Shown piece after piece: positions 1 through 12,690 of a stretch of DNA of 64,000 nt. Each line of letters opens with the position of its first letter. Position 1 is the stretch's first letter. The position numbers and the translations under genes were made by a program. The notes beneath the pieces were generated by a model. That model saw only the letters and a list, made by a program, of their open reading frames with translations. It was not told the origin of the DNA and did not search any database. Location: NCBI RefSeq assembly GCF_030028105.1, contig NC_092384.1, positions 17,615,629-17,679,628 of the forward strand, given 5' to 3'. The stretch comes from Mobula birostris. Lineage: Eukaryota.

Positions 1-932
1 GACCTCTACTTTTCGCCTGGATGTGGGGGAAGAAGGGTGGGTTGGCAAGTTTGCAGACGACACAAAGGTTGGGGGTGTTGTAGATAGTGTAGAGGATTGT
101 CAAAGATTGCAGAGAGACATTGATAGGATGCAGAAGTGGGCTGAGAAGTGGCAGATGGAGTTCAACCCGGAGAAGTGTGAGGTGGTACACTTTGGAAGGA
201 CAAACTCCAAGGCAGAGTACTTGATAGTGTGGAGGAGCAGAAGGATCTCGGGGTACATGTCCACAGATCCTTGAAAGTTGCCTCACAGGTTGACAGGGTA
301 GTTAAGAAAGCTTATGGGGTATTAGCTTTCATAAGTCGAGGGACAGAGTTTAAGAGTCGCGATGTAATGTTGCAGCTCTATTAAACTCTGGTTAGGCCAC
401 ACTTGGAGTACTGTGTCCAGTTCTGGTCACCTCACTATAGGAAGGATGTGGAAGCATTGGAAATGGTAGAGAGGAGATTTACCAGGATGCGGCCTGGTTT
501 AGAAAGTATGCATTATGATCAGGGATTAAGGGAGCTAAGGCTTTATTCTTTGAAGAGAAGGAGGATGAGAGGAGACATGATAGATGTGTACAAGATAATA
601 AGAGGAATAGATAGAGTGGATAGTCAGCGCCTCTTCCCCAGGGCACCACTGCTCAATACAAGAGGACATGGCTTTAAGGTAAGGGGTGGGAAGTTCAAGG
701 GGGATATTGGAGGAAGGTTTTTTACTCAGAGTGGTTGGTGCGTGGAATGCACTGCCTGAGTCAGTGGTGGAGGCAGATACACTAGAGAAGTTTAAGAGAC
801 TACTAGACAGGTATATGGAGGAATCTAAGGTGGGGGCTTATATGGGAGGCATGGTTTGAGGGTCGGCACAACATTGCAGGCCGAAGGGCCTCTACTGTGC
901 TGTACTATTCTGTGCTCTATGCTCTATGCTCT
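1..932 (+). mobile_element. CR1 LINE, 3' part (RT C-terminus plus 3' UTR)
   Basis: ORFs 23-274 (KFADDTK, KWQMEFNPEKCEV) and 403-759 ([16 protein letters not shown]) are CR1 RT motifs; ends in a (CTATG)n-type tail at about 900-932. Confidence 0.92.
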
Positions 933-1840
933 AAGCGCTTGAACTGGCATGACAAAATAAAGGCTTTATGTGGAACATCTGTAAAATCAGTTTAGAGCAC
1001 GTTTACACACCGGGCATCCTTGCCAGACGGAAGGGATACGCGGAAACACGGAGGATCCTGAAGGAAAACAACATCAGATTTCAGGCCCTGTATCCAGCTC
1101 GGCTAAGAGTCTTTAACTACGAAGGGACAAAAAGCTACGCTGCAGTGGAGGAGGCAACAATGGATTTGGCCGTTCGGGGCTACCCATAAAAGTTATCACC
1201 CAAGCGGAGTCGTTACTGGAGTAGATTGCGCTGTGGACATGGCAGCCAGTGGAGCGAGGACGCTCCATTCGAACCACAGTGCCAAGCTATAAGGAAAAGC
1301 TGGCAGTATTCAGACGCGAACGTACAGAGAGTACAGAGAACGTACAGAAAATCAGCATATAAGTTACGTAAACAACAAGCAGACAATACAATTCATAGAA
1401 TAAAGAATCCAAAAACAAAGCTTCTGGAGAATACATTAGGGAAAATTCAAGAGGGTTTTGAAACATATTATCGAGCGCTGTACTCTCAACCCCGAGTCTC
1501 CAACGAGCCCCATATAGACACTTTCTTGATCCACCCAAGCTCACGGATTTACAAAATGCATGCCTATTAGAACCAATAACTGCCAAAGAACTGAAAGCGG
1601 CCATCTCTAGATTAAAGACCGGAAAGTCTCCAGGCTCAGATGGGTTTACCTCAGAGTAGTACAAATCGCTGAAGTCACAGCTAGTTCCATTATTACTCAA
1701 CACCTTTAATTGGATCTTACAGAGAGGAGAAATTCCACTTTCCTGGAGAGAGACGATTATCTCAGTTATTCCTAAAGACGGGAAAGATAAACTAGAATGC
1801 GGTAATTACCGGCGAATCAGTGCTCTTAATTGGACTATGT

Positions 1841-2464
1841 TGTGATGGAAATGAGACAGATTCCTTGGGTCGCAAAGGCCAAGAATTCTGGACACACAGC
1901 TTTAACAATAAGGAGTTTATTTACAAGGGGAGAAGAGATTGGGAACAACAGAAGCGGCTGCAATATTCGCACAAACGCGCTTAGAATAGACGAGCGTGGG
2001 AAAAGTCGGGTTGGCAGTACAATACACGGGAAAATGGTGTGGGGAGAGAGTACAGGTACATATAAAAGTAAGAGAAAAGTAACTACGAAACCTGCCACCC
2101 CTTGGCTACGGGCAGGCAGGGCTCTCTGCTACAGGGACAACAATAAACTCTCCCAAAACTCTATTCAATTCACAGCTCACCACATGTCCCCAGCACTATT
2201 CTGCAGTCTTCAGCAGGAGGGGGTCCCTCGAGGATGGCAAAAAAGAGAGCGATCCAAGCACATGTAGCACCCTTCATAGGTCAGGAGCTGGAGGATCTAG
2301 CCGAGGTGTTTCACGTGGGGGGGGCAACGACTTGGTGCTAAACGGGTTAATACAATTAAGGTGGCCAATGTTTAGGTGTGTATTGATTATTTGGGAGGGG
2401 TGAAATGTTGACTGGCATGTGGTGTGCCTTCCGACCAGGTAGAGGGCGGTGCTGAGCCGTGACA
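1841..2464 (-). mobile_element. Solo-LTR-like insertion inside the L1 RT
   Basis: Interrupts the L1 motif ISALNLDY/DYKLFTSIL; TG...CA ends; AATAAA near the minus-strand 3' end; no clean TSD found. Confidence 0.5.
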
Positions 2465-4227
2465 GGCAGGGCTCTCTGGATACAGACTACAAATTATTTA
2501 CATCTATATTAGCGGGTAGACTGTACAAGCTTCTACCTGGCCTCGTCCACTTAGACCAGACTGGATTCATTTAGCAAAAAAAAATCAGGACATCATAAGG
2601 AGAACTTTACACCAACTGGAACAGGTTATTAAGAACGGGACACAGAAATTGATAGTGGGATTAGACGCTGAGAAAGCTTCTGATTCAGTTAGTTGGGTAT
2701 TCCTTTACAGACTGTTAGGAAGATTCGGCTTTCAAGGAAGTTTATTAAAGTAATCCAGACTTTATATGACAGCCCTACAGCTCGAATTAAGATAAATGGG
2801 GACCTCTCTGACTCTTTTGTTTTAGAGAGAGGAACTAGACAGGGATGCCCAACTTCGCATCTCTATTTTGCACTAAACGTTGAACCTCTTGCCCAACTAG
2901 TAAGACAGAGCGAAATTGTAAATGGTATCAAGGTGGCAGGGATTGAAAAGAAGATGGCGCTATTCGCAGATGGCGTTTTAGTCTATTTGAGTGAACCAGA
3001 AAAATTATTTAGAGGATTGTTTACACTGTTGGTTGAGTTCGGGGAAATATCAAGTTATACAATTAATGTAAAGAAAACATAGGTTTTGTCCTTAAATTAT
3101 ACAGCATCCAAAATACTGCAGGATACATATGATCTTAAGTGGGAAGCTAAATCATTAAAATATTTAGGAATAACTCTGCCAGAAGATCTTTCAACATTGT
3201 CACAGGTAAACTAATTTCAGAAATAAAGCAGGTATACATAGGTGGAATCTTATCCCCTTTTTAAGTTTAATTCAAGGATAAATACCATAAAAATGAATAT
3301 TCTCCCTCGGCTACTTTACCTTTTCCGGATTTTACCTGTGGAGGTGGACGGTAATCAATTCAGAGAATGGGACAAATGGATTTCCCGCTTTATCTGGCAA
3401 GGGAAAAAAACTAGAATCCGATTTAACACCTTACAGTTAGGAAAGGAAGGAGGAGGTATGGCATTTCCTTGTTTGAGAAATTATTTTTGTGCTTCACAGA
3501 TAACCCCTCTGTTATATTCGTGCAATAGGGTATGTAAGGCTAGATGGAAGAAAATAGAATTTGGATTGTTTGGCAGCTTTCCTCCACAGGCCTCAATAGC
3601 AGACAAAGGATTGATGGCCCAATTGGAAAAGATTAAAAACAGCTGGATAAATTTCATATTGAAAGTATGGCAGACAGTGGCTAATTCATGTGGAATCAAT
3701 AACATGTCAAGCCTTTTCAGATAGTTTGTTTATGATACCGAATTTCCTCCCAACAGTGGAGATAAAAGATTTGAACTGTGGATCAAGAAAGGTCTTACAA
3801 CCTACCTCTCATTCACGCAAAAAATTGCATTACAAAGTTTTCAATCCCTGCAGGACAAACATGGCCTGGAACAGAATTACTTTTCAGGTACCTTCAAGTA
3901 CGACATCATATAAACCAGAGTTGTAGATATACAGGCTTATCAACAGTAGAATTGGAATTTTTCAAGATTCACAATTCGACTTACGGTTCAATACTAAGCA
4001 AATCAGCTTCTCGATTATATAATGCCCTCTCTCATGCCAAAAAAAGGAAATACATTGTATATTAAAGAGAAGTGGGAGAAAATAGCAGGGTCGGTACTTT
4101 CAGAGGAGGCTGGGGGAAAACTATGCAGCTTCCAGTGGTCTTCGACTAACTCTTTGACTTGGAGAGAACATTGTTGGAAAAATATTATAAGATACTTCAA
4201 GACGCCATACCAGAAAAAAAAATATAA

Positions 4228-4527
4228 TGTACTGGGTGGGCACAGGAGTACATTCAGCCAGAGTCTCATTCCACCGAGATGCAGCACTGAGCGTCATAGG
4301 AAGATATTCCTGCCTGTGGCCATCAAACTTTACAACTCCTCCCTTGGAGGGGCTGACACCGCAAGCCAGTAGGCTGGTCCTGGACTTATTTCATAATTTA
4401 CTGGGATAATTTACATATTACTATTTAACTATTTATAGTTCTATTTCTATTTAGTATTTATGGTGCAACTGTAACGAAAACCAATTTCCCCCGGGATGAA
4501 AAAAGTATGACTGTGACTACTATGAGC
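4228..4527 (+). mobile_element. Rex1/Babar-like LINE 3' fragment inserted in L1
   Basis: LIPPRCSTERHRKIFLPVAIKLYNS; ATGACT-repeat tail; AATATAA on both sides (4221-4227, 4528-4534) as probable TSD. Confidence 0.7.
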
Positions 4528-6465
4528 AATATAAAGACAGAAATGTGGCGTGTTGAAGAAGGTGTGGCTCCAAGGAGGCAAATCATTTCCATATTTTTTA
4601 GGATTGCCCTAAATTAAGTTTATATTGTGAAGGTATTCACAGAACATTAGTTAAGGTATTTAAGACTCAGATAACTCTGAAAATTGAGAATCTCTATGTG
4701 GGGCATGTATTGTTTTTTGGAACACAAGAAAGATATCAAGCTGCTGCAGGCCCTTTTAGCGGCAAGTAAGAAATCAATCGCCAGAAAGTGGTTAAATCCA
4801 ATCTACATTAGAAGATTGGCATGAAATCATTTTGGAAATATTTAACATGGAAAAGATGACCTAATCACAGAGAATTCAAAAGAAAAAAAATCAAATTTGC
4901 AATAAATGGATTGAATTTATAACCCCAGAGCGAGCAGACTTTAGATGACTCTCCTAATGGTTTATACTGTTTGACTCAGCAACATAGTAATAATGTTAAC
5001 GTAAGGACCCTTCACACAAATGTTTACTGATTTTTTTTTTTGGAAAATGTGGAATTAACACAAGTAAAGAAAAGATCTGGGGAAATTTTGGACCAGAAGA
5101 GACACATGGAAATTAGTATTCAACCTCTATTATTAATATTTTATAACAACTATTATCATTATTTAGATTAATAAAGTGGAATTACAATTGCACATAAACA
5201 TCTATTTGATTGCCTAATTATTTTCTATATGATTTCAATGTGCACTTGTGAATGTACATATTAAAATAGATTTACTCATATAAAAAATGGAAAAGGTCAT
5301 ATATGAAAAAAAAGTTTGTGTATTACTTGTGAATACCTTATCCAAATAAAAATAAAAGAAAAAAAAAGAAAAAAAAGGAATGATCGGGTCTGTGCAATAG
5401 ACCGGAAGAGGAGATTCCGACTGAGCATATCAGACATTATCACCTTGAACGGCTGGGCAGTAGACAGGGACGGAATGGCTTATTGCTGTTCTTTTCTTAA
5501 TTTTCTTTCTTTTATTTTATTTTATGACAATTTTCTCTAATGAATCGGAAAAATAACCGTTTATCTTGCCAATTGTTACATGTGATATCCATCTTTGAAG
5601 ATTGCAAGAAACGAAACGCAGCGATGCTCTAGCCTGCACTCATCGATATTCTATAGCTCTGAACCGCAATTGGATTCTCAGCTTCACAGCTTCTTTGATG
5701 TATTTACATCTGCGTAAAATGTATGTTTGCTTTGATCTTTGGATGCCGGTGCGCATTTCGAATCGGGAATCTGCAGAGTGGCGTAAGTCAGTTTGTCAGC
5801 TCCACTTCCAGTAGTCTGTGAAAGTAATGCAAAATCAGTGGTTAGTCGAACACCTAGTGACCAGTTGAATCACACGATTGTAAAATAATTTAGAGATGTA
5901 CTCATAAGTAATGAACTTTAGGTTGCTTACGCTTTATGCACAATTTATGTCAACGTTGTTTCAAGATTTCACTTTATGATTTATATATTAGAGTTTCTTT
6001 CCTTACTTAAAAAGAACTTTAACCAAATCAAGTTAGGAGAGCAAAGAAATTCTTGAAGTAGCAGTAATGGTACAAACTAACTGGCTAACTTATAATAACA
6101 TCGCATTTTCTGTCATTTGAGTCATCCTGTTTCGTCTATAGAGCTCACAAGTATTTACTCAGCTACACCTGCCAACACAGTTCCAAATGCACATGGGCGT
6201 TGTCGGCAGTGGACAGCGCATAACTGATAGAGTGAACGTTGGCACTTTGTTCAGTCAGGCTCTCTGATTACAGTTTTGTAACAATTCGGTATTTCCGGTA
6301 GTTCAGTTCTCTTCGGTTATTATCAGACACTCGTCTTTATTATGGAGCTGATAATGGGCGTTGGGAAGGATGACATTCCCAGTTTCGTGCCTTTTGGCGT
6401 TTCCTCACGTGCAAATTATATGTGAAATTAAAATCGTAAAAGCAAGGAAAAAGTAATCTCTAGAG

Positions 6466-7660
6466 ATTCTGCAGATGCTGGAAATCTTGAAGACTGCAAA
6501 CAACATACTGAAGGAAATCATTAGGTAAGGCAACATGCAAGTATGTAAATAAATTGGCGGTTGTTTCTGGCAAAGACGCTTTATCAGGATTGGAAAAGAG
6601 GGACAGAACCTAAATTATAAAGGTGTGGTGGGGATGCGGGAAAAATAGCAGGTGACAGGTGAAACCAGGTAAATGCTAAGGTATGTGGATGATTGGTGAA
6701 AGAATGACGTAAGAAGCTGGGAGGTGACGAGTGGAAAAGGTAAACCGTATGTAAGGGGTTTCTCCTTTATGTTACTGTTTAGGCTAATCAAAATGGTTCC
6801 TTTGTTATGTTACTGCTGAGAAAGTGCTTCTCTCTCTCTCTCTCTCTCGCAGCTTGTTTGGGTTATAAAGAGAATAGTATTCATTTGCTAACCAATTGGG
6901 ATAGATGCTCTTCTTTCTTGTGTGTACGTAAGCTATTGTTTAGCGGACTTTGGGCGAGACTGCGCGTGGGGATAGAGACAGGAGACGCGATGTTGTAAAT
7001 TGGGCGGCGGGACGGACCCCGAGCGGGAGTCCGAGGCCCAGGGTCTTCGGCGAGGAGAGAAGACGAAGACAGACTCGCGTGGAGCATCTGGTCGCCACCT
7101 TGGTTGGTCCCAGGCGGCGGGTCGAGGAGGTCGGGGAGGATCGAATGGTGGGAAGAAGACTACCTTAGCTGATCTCCTACTGTTGCGCACGAAGCAGTTG
7201 AGCTTTGATAAGTTTGGCGCCTTTTACTTTCATTTTATGTTTTATTTCTATTAATTACATAGTTCCAGTAACATCTATAAAGTGTAATCAGTTAATCACA
7301 TATGGTGTATGGTCTGTTATTTGGCGGGGTGGGGTACATCACACAGCATCCACACAAACTTGATTACCCAGCTTGGCGGGGCCGAAGGCTGCTCTCCCTA
7401 GACGAAAGCGAGCTGAGCGAGCCTGAGGCTTGCCAGCAGGCTACACGTGTCTGAAGGAATCGGGTACGGGAGGATTGTGGTCCCTGCAAAGCAAAAGAAG
7501 GAGGAGCCCGAGGGTGGGGACAGCCTGATGGGTAGATGACGAGAAGATAAAAGGGGAAATGGAGAATGAAAGAAAAAGAACGGAACGATAGGGAAATTCC
7601 CAAAGGTTAGAGAAATCGACGTTTATGCCTTCAGGTTTGAGTCTCCCGAGATGGAAGAAA
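6466..7660. repeat. Non-autonomous interspersed repeat (CTGCAGATGCTGGAAATC family) interrupted by an LTR-like element
   Basis: The CTGCAGATGCTGGA-type terminus recurs degenerately near 24290 and, reversed, near 32560-32590; purine-rich body. Confidence 0.5.
6750..7522 (+). mobile_element. LTR-like element (probable solo LTR)
   Basis: Begins TGTAAGGGG and ends GGGGACA; contains a (CT)n tract and a GC-rich core; TSD not evident. Confidence 0.45.
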
Positions 7661-7749
7661 ATATTATGCTTTTACCAGAATATTAAATTGTATGAGGCGA
7701 TAGGTTAGTTTTCACTGAAAGGGGATTAGCTACGACGCGTTTTATATTT

Positions 7750-8140
7750 TGTTACCACAAGACCACCCACTCCCCCACCTTCTCACCATAACCTTTGATG
7801 CCCTGTCTACTCAGATACCTATCAATCTCTGCCTTAAATACACCCAATGACTTGACCTCCACTGCTGCCCGTGGCAACAAATTCCATAGATTCACCACCC
7901 TCCGACTAAAATAATTTCTTCGCATTTCTGTTCTGAATGGGCGCCCTTCAATCCTTAAGTCATGCCCTCTCGTACTAGACTCCCCCATCATGGGAAACAA
8001 CTTTGCCACATCCACTCTGTCCATGCCTTTCAACATTCAAAATGTTTCTATGAGGTCTCCCCTCATTCTTCTAAACTCCAAGAGCAGACAAACGTTCCTC
8101 GTATGTTAACCCTCTCATTCCCGGAATCATTCTAGTGAAT
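7750..8140 (-). mobile_element. CR1 3' fragment
   Basis: ORF 7752-8036 LFPMMGESSTRGHDLRI...FSRRVVNLWN. Confidence 0.85.
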
Positions 8141-8224
8141 CTTCTCTGTATTTTGTTACAGTGTCAATGGTATGCTTAAGTTTGTAAAATTAACTTCCTC
8201 TTGGATGATGATTTTATATATAAA

Positions 8225-8360
8225 CCCTTTGGGGTACTCCAGTTTCCTCCCAGGTTCCAAAGACTTACAGGTTAGGAGGTCAATTGGTCACGTAAGTGTT
8301 ACTGAGCAGCATGGACTAATTGTACCGCAGAGCCTGCAACCATGCTATATCTCTGATGCA
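8225..8360 (+). mobile_element. SINE central/3' fragment (V-SINE-like)
   Basis: GGGTACTCCAGTTTCCTCCCA...TCCAAAGAC...GGTTAG core; reversed relative at about 36090-36140. Confidence 0.55.
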
Positions 8361-10097
8361 AGTCTATATCATAATCATGCTAATCTCCCTGCTTTACCTG
8401 GGAATAGATAACGCGCTCCTTCGGTTGTCGATCTTTGCGAAATCGTTTGCTGGCGCTGTGGTTTAGTGAAGCATAGGCAGTGGTGTGCTCAACCGGTGCT
8501 TGTTCAGCCTGTTAGAAAAACATATTTAATACAGCTAACTGAGGCGGAACTTAGTGATCATAAACTAAATTAGAATTCTAAAACATAACACCAAGGATAA
8601 AAAAATTGTTTGAAAAACATTTTGTCTGCGCACAATGATACTGTCCATACATTATGCCGAAGGTGGGATCTCGACCGTTTCAGGCTGGAAATCGCTATGT
8701 TTAGATTTTCAGATCACCGCTTATAACAGTCCTAGGGATAGGATGGTGTTCTCAGTTCTGGCCATCTCTGTTTTTTTTTCATCTCCTAAATCCTATCTCT
8801 TACGTCGCTCTAAATTCTGTGCATGGGCACAGGCCTATCTTGGCACAGGATCTATCTTTTACGCATGCGTCGCATTATTGTACTCATTGTCCTGATCAGA
8901 ATTCGTCTGAAACTCTGACCCTTACAGTTCATATTATTTAAATTAAGGATATTGGAGCAAATGGCAAGTCCTGATGCTAAGTGTCGCTTAACTCAAGCCC
9001 GTCACACGGGAGCGGCATCCTGGGCTTTCGTTGATATGATAGGTTTTCCTGGTGAATCACTTAAATTGCGATCGAAGTAGATAGAGCCAATGGACGTGGT
9101 TGTTGCAGTAAATGATAAAAATGGCAATTGTTTTGCTGAAATAATGGCATACATTCCAGAATAATAAAGTAATAGTAAAAATTTAATCATGAATGCTTCA
9201 GCTTCAACTTAAATATTACTGTAAGAAGTAGCCCTAAATTTTCGGAAGTTTTACAAACACTGCTAGAAATTTTAGCGGTATTCTACCATTATGAAATCAG
9301 TGATGTGTGCATGACTACCTTATCTTTGCTGCTACAGTCGCTTCATTTGCATCTAAAGTCGTTACGTAAAATTAAAACGAAATTTGTTGAACTGGGTAAG
9401 TGATTAATGAAATACTAGAAGACAAATGTTATCAGGAGAATGAATCCAGGCGGAAAAAAAAACATTGAGGTGCGGGAAACATGAAGTAAAACAGAGAAAT
9501 AGAATACAGAAAATTTTAGTAGATCAGGAACCACCAGTTAAACAGAAATAGTTAACGTTCACTTTGCATTCTGCGGTCGTCATTCTAGACTGTCAACTGG
9601 TTCTGTTTCCAAAATCGGTCAGTAGCTACAGATTATTTTCTGGTTTGAATCCAAATGGGAGAGGACAATACTTTTTATCCGTTTTAGGCTTTGCTTCCCA
9701 AATTGAGAATGATAATCATTCAGCGTAGCATCGTGGACTAGAAGGTGTCATGTGGGGTTTCGTTTAACAATGTGGTTATCATTGTTCACCACATACTACA
9801 AGGTCTTGTTGCAAGTATATTCGATTCCATTGCAGGTTACGCACTGCTGTGCGTATCTTTTTGCAGATCAGGGTTAAAACTGCACTTAATATTGCAAGAA
9901 CCATTTCAGTAAAACAAGATTCCGTTACATTTTTACCTTGATGCTGTCCGTCAGTCAAATATAACATACATTACGACTTGATTCGTGCACGTATGGTACT
10001 TTCCCATTGCCCAGTCAACTGCGATTCTCGTAATCTAGCATTAAGTAGTTTCTCACACTCTCAGATATGTGTTGAATTACTCGTCAAAACAACTCAC

Positions 10098-10215
10098 CTT
10101 CCGATGGTAAATATTACCGTTCACCTGACAATCCAACCGGTTATGAACCGGTGTGGAATCTTGAAAGGTTCCAAGAAGCATATGCAAGAATATTCAAATA
10201 AATCTTGGATATATA
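10098..10215 (-). CDS. Candidate cytoplasmic exon 2: YISKIYLNILAYASWNLSRFHTGS* (stop 10141-10143), or 27-nt mini-exon VNGNIYHRK (10098-10124)
   Basis: Acceptors TTTTCAAG| (10215) or TTGTCAG| (10124); consensus donor AAG|GTGAGT at 10097. Confidence 0.4.
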
Positions 10216-10353
10216 CTTGAAAATAAATTCTTGACGTGGAAAATTGTTTTATTTTCCCTACCACGCTCCAAAGTGTTATGCAATAAAATACATTCATAAT
10301 ATCTTTGCTATGCAAATATCCCGCTCTGAAACAAGACGAGTCGCTTCACCTAC

Positions 10354-10397
10354 CGGGTCTTCATTCTGACATCCCTCCAAAGAATTTGTGTTACCCC
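10354..10397 (-). CDS. IgSF receptor cytoplasmic exon 1 (GGNTNSLEGCQNEDP)
   Basis: Long pyrimidine tract TTTTTGTTCTCTTTTCTGAAG|; donor CCG|GTAGGT; phase 1-0 in frame. Confidence 0.75.
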
Positions 10398-11031
10398 CTT
10401 CAGAAAAGAGAACAAAAATAAATGATTTGCATTGTAAACATTGAACATTTTTCATTTGATACCAATATAATTAATCTTGTAAGTGGAACTGCTGAAGGTA
10501 CGGATCTTGCAGAAAATATTTGTTGGTAACAGTCGTACTGTGTTCTGCATTAAGCTGGTGCTAAGCTCAAAAGGCATTGACTTTCCACGAGGATGTAAAA
10601 TGATCATAGCATAACAGCGGCGGTGCTGTACTTAAGTATGGCAAACAAAATGGAAATTAAAACCAATGGGACGGGCATAAGTTGGTCAATGTTCTTTGCA
10701 CAATCAGAGGGAGTTTAGATATACGCCAAGACGTTTACGTTTCAAAATACGGATCTACCATTGTATGGAAAAGACATTTGAAGAACTCCAAAGGGATATA
10801 ACGGCATTCGTAAATGAGATATGAAATAATTCCAGTGGAATCGTGAAATAGTTAAATTTTAAGATCAAGCATGTATTGTGACAGAATATTATCACTGAAA
10901 TTCGGCTTCGAAAATCGTGATCCATGTCCAATCATTCTGTAAATGTCATTTACTGTTTTAAAGTTAAATATCATCAAAGCTTCTATTTTATACGAATAGA
11001 GGTGATGTATAGAAGCGATCAGTTTCCTTAC

Positions 11032-11130
11032 CGTGTGATCTCTTTAACTTCAGTCTCAGCAAAAGTATTATCAGAATTAAAATTGCCGATCCGCCCGCTG
11101 CACGTTCGAGAATCAATCTGGTATCAGCGC
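11032..11130 (-). CDS. IgSF receptor exon: transmembrane segment GADTRLILERAAGGSAILILIILLLRLKLKRSH
   Basis: 99 nt, phase 1-1 (CTTTTTCAAG| and G|GTAAGG); hydrophobic stretch followed by basic stop-transfer RLKLKR. Confidence 0.85.
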
Positions 11131-12222
11131 CTTGAAAAAGAAACCGTGAACCATTGATACAACTAAACACAAATACACACATGACAATCAATAGTGCAAA
11201 CTATTCTTTAGGCTCCTTTCATATCTCACCACACACAATGATTGGAAAATGCACAGAATATACAATATAGAACAAAGATATCCGAATTTAGTTTCTCCAG
11301 ACACATACGAGCTATTTTCTGAGACTAAGAATAGGCTCGGCTGCATCTTCCTATACTTCTCTTGACAATAGATATCAGCAAAACTATAGAACGTGTAAAC
11401 ATCAAACCAAATACGATTCTGATCTCGATTCAACCGGTAAAATCATGTCTGTCAAGAAGATTCTTTCGTACGATCAAAACCTAAAGGTAACTCGTTGACT
11501 CGCCACAGGAGTCCCGGTGCAGCAACAATTCGCTTCCGCATTACATGCTGAAATTACTCGTTAACTTCATGAGATTATAACACTGTACTCTCTAAGCCTC
11601 CTGAATGTGTATCGAGCATATTAAACGTATATTCCCACTGTTATGGTTTCCACAGGTTTAGGAGTGACAAACCCGAATTCATGGAAAACTGCGTAATGAA
11701 AACATAGACCAAACTAAGTCACCCATTTGAATTCTGTTGCCTACTATTATTAGAAGGTAATTACGCGGAGATTAGATTTTGACAAAGTCTGTCCACAGTT
11801 TCGCCCCCTATGCATTCGTTTCAGGTGGCAATTAAGTGTCACGCCTCGGTGTTCAGGAATTCCTATCTTGATTCAGATTTTGCCCCATCTCCACATTTTT
11901 TTCCGGTAAAACTATGTCAATTAAGTACACCTTCGCTTATCAGCAGATGGTTTCCCCCGTTGTTATATCACCATGAGATTCAGAGTTTGTTTTGCTTTGT
12001 CTCATTTTTGACTAATCTCCAGAATTTTGTTACCTTACAAGTACTACACGAATTTAATTTCTTAATTCATCCTACACGATTTAAGCTGAGGGTATAAGAA
12101 ATTTGTTTTAACACCATTCACATTGAATGTTCGCTGCAAACAAGTAATCTTAAAATTCCGCCCTTCGTCTGTGTTTGGGTAGCTATTCCGCCCCTGTTCT
12201 TAACCAGGTTTGATCTACCCAC

Positions 12223-12268
12223 CTATATTGTTTGGAAACGTTTCCAACTTCCCGGAACGCTGGAGATT
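12223..12268 (-). CDS. Candidate stalk exon (E)SPAFREVGNVSKQY(R)
   Basis: TTTTAACACGTTCAG| and AG|GTGGGT; phase 1-2, in frame only with the alternative TM acceptor at 11117. Confidence 0.4.
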
Positions 12269-12396
12269 CTGAACGTGTTAAAAACTCAGAGTAGCACACA
12301 AAATACTGAAGGTACGCAGCAGATCAGGAGAGGAATAAAGTAACGACGTTTAGATCCGAGACCTGATGTCAGGACGCAATCAAGACACCATCTTAC

Positions 12397-12690
12397 CTTG
12401 CTCCAGGATGTGGCTGAAACAAGCAGGCACCGTGAGGGAGACATGCAACACCAGACAGATGTAAACATCTTTTCTCCAAGCAGACTGATTAATTTCCAAT
12501 AAACTGTAAGCCTCATATAAACCCTTCGCCGTCTGGTTAATATCCGTTTTTATTCCAGTGTGAATTTGCTTGTTATTTTTTTGCCAGACGATTTGTAATT
12601 CCTTCGGGTAGAAGGCAGCTGTTTTACAAAGGAGTTTCCGAGGAGACGAAAACTCTGCAATAGGAACGATTTCCAATGGAGTTGGGGGAG
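12397..12690 (-). CDS. IgSF receptor exon: C1-set domain
   Basis: 294 nt, phase 1-1 (TTCAAG|CT and G|GTAAGA); LLCKTAAFYP, IVW, YICLVLH (C1 hallmarks FYP and YxCxVxH). Confidence 0.92.

Larger units (their letters stand above)
933..5378 (+). mobile_element. Degenerate L1/Tx1-clade LINE: ORF1 C-terminus, APE region deleted, RT, CCHC knuckle, A-rich tail
   Basis: 968-1189 IRFQALYPARLRV (L1-type ORF1 end); RGTRQGCP and LFADG (2693-3082); IKMNILPRLLYLF (3242-3724); C-x2-C...H-x4-C knuckle at about 4545-4610; A-rich end at 5345-5378. Confidence 0.88.

Noticed and set aside
8980-9900. Possible terminal exons (ENLSYQRK..., IRTAVRNLQ..., QNNCHFY...)
   Set aside because: Several mutually exclusive weak options with no motif or splice evidence to choose among them
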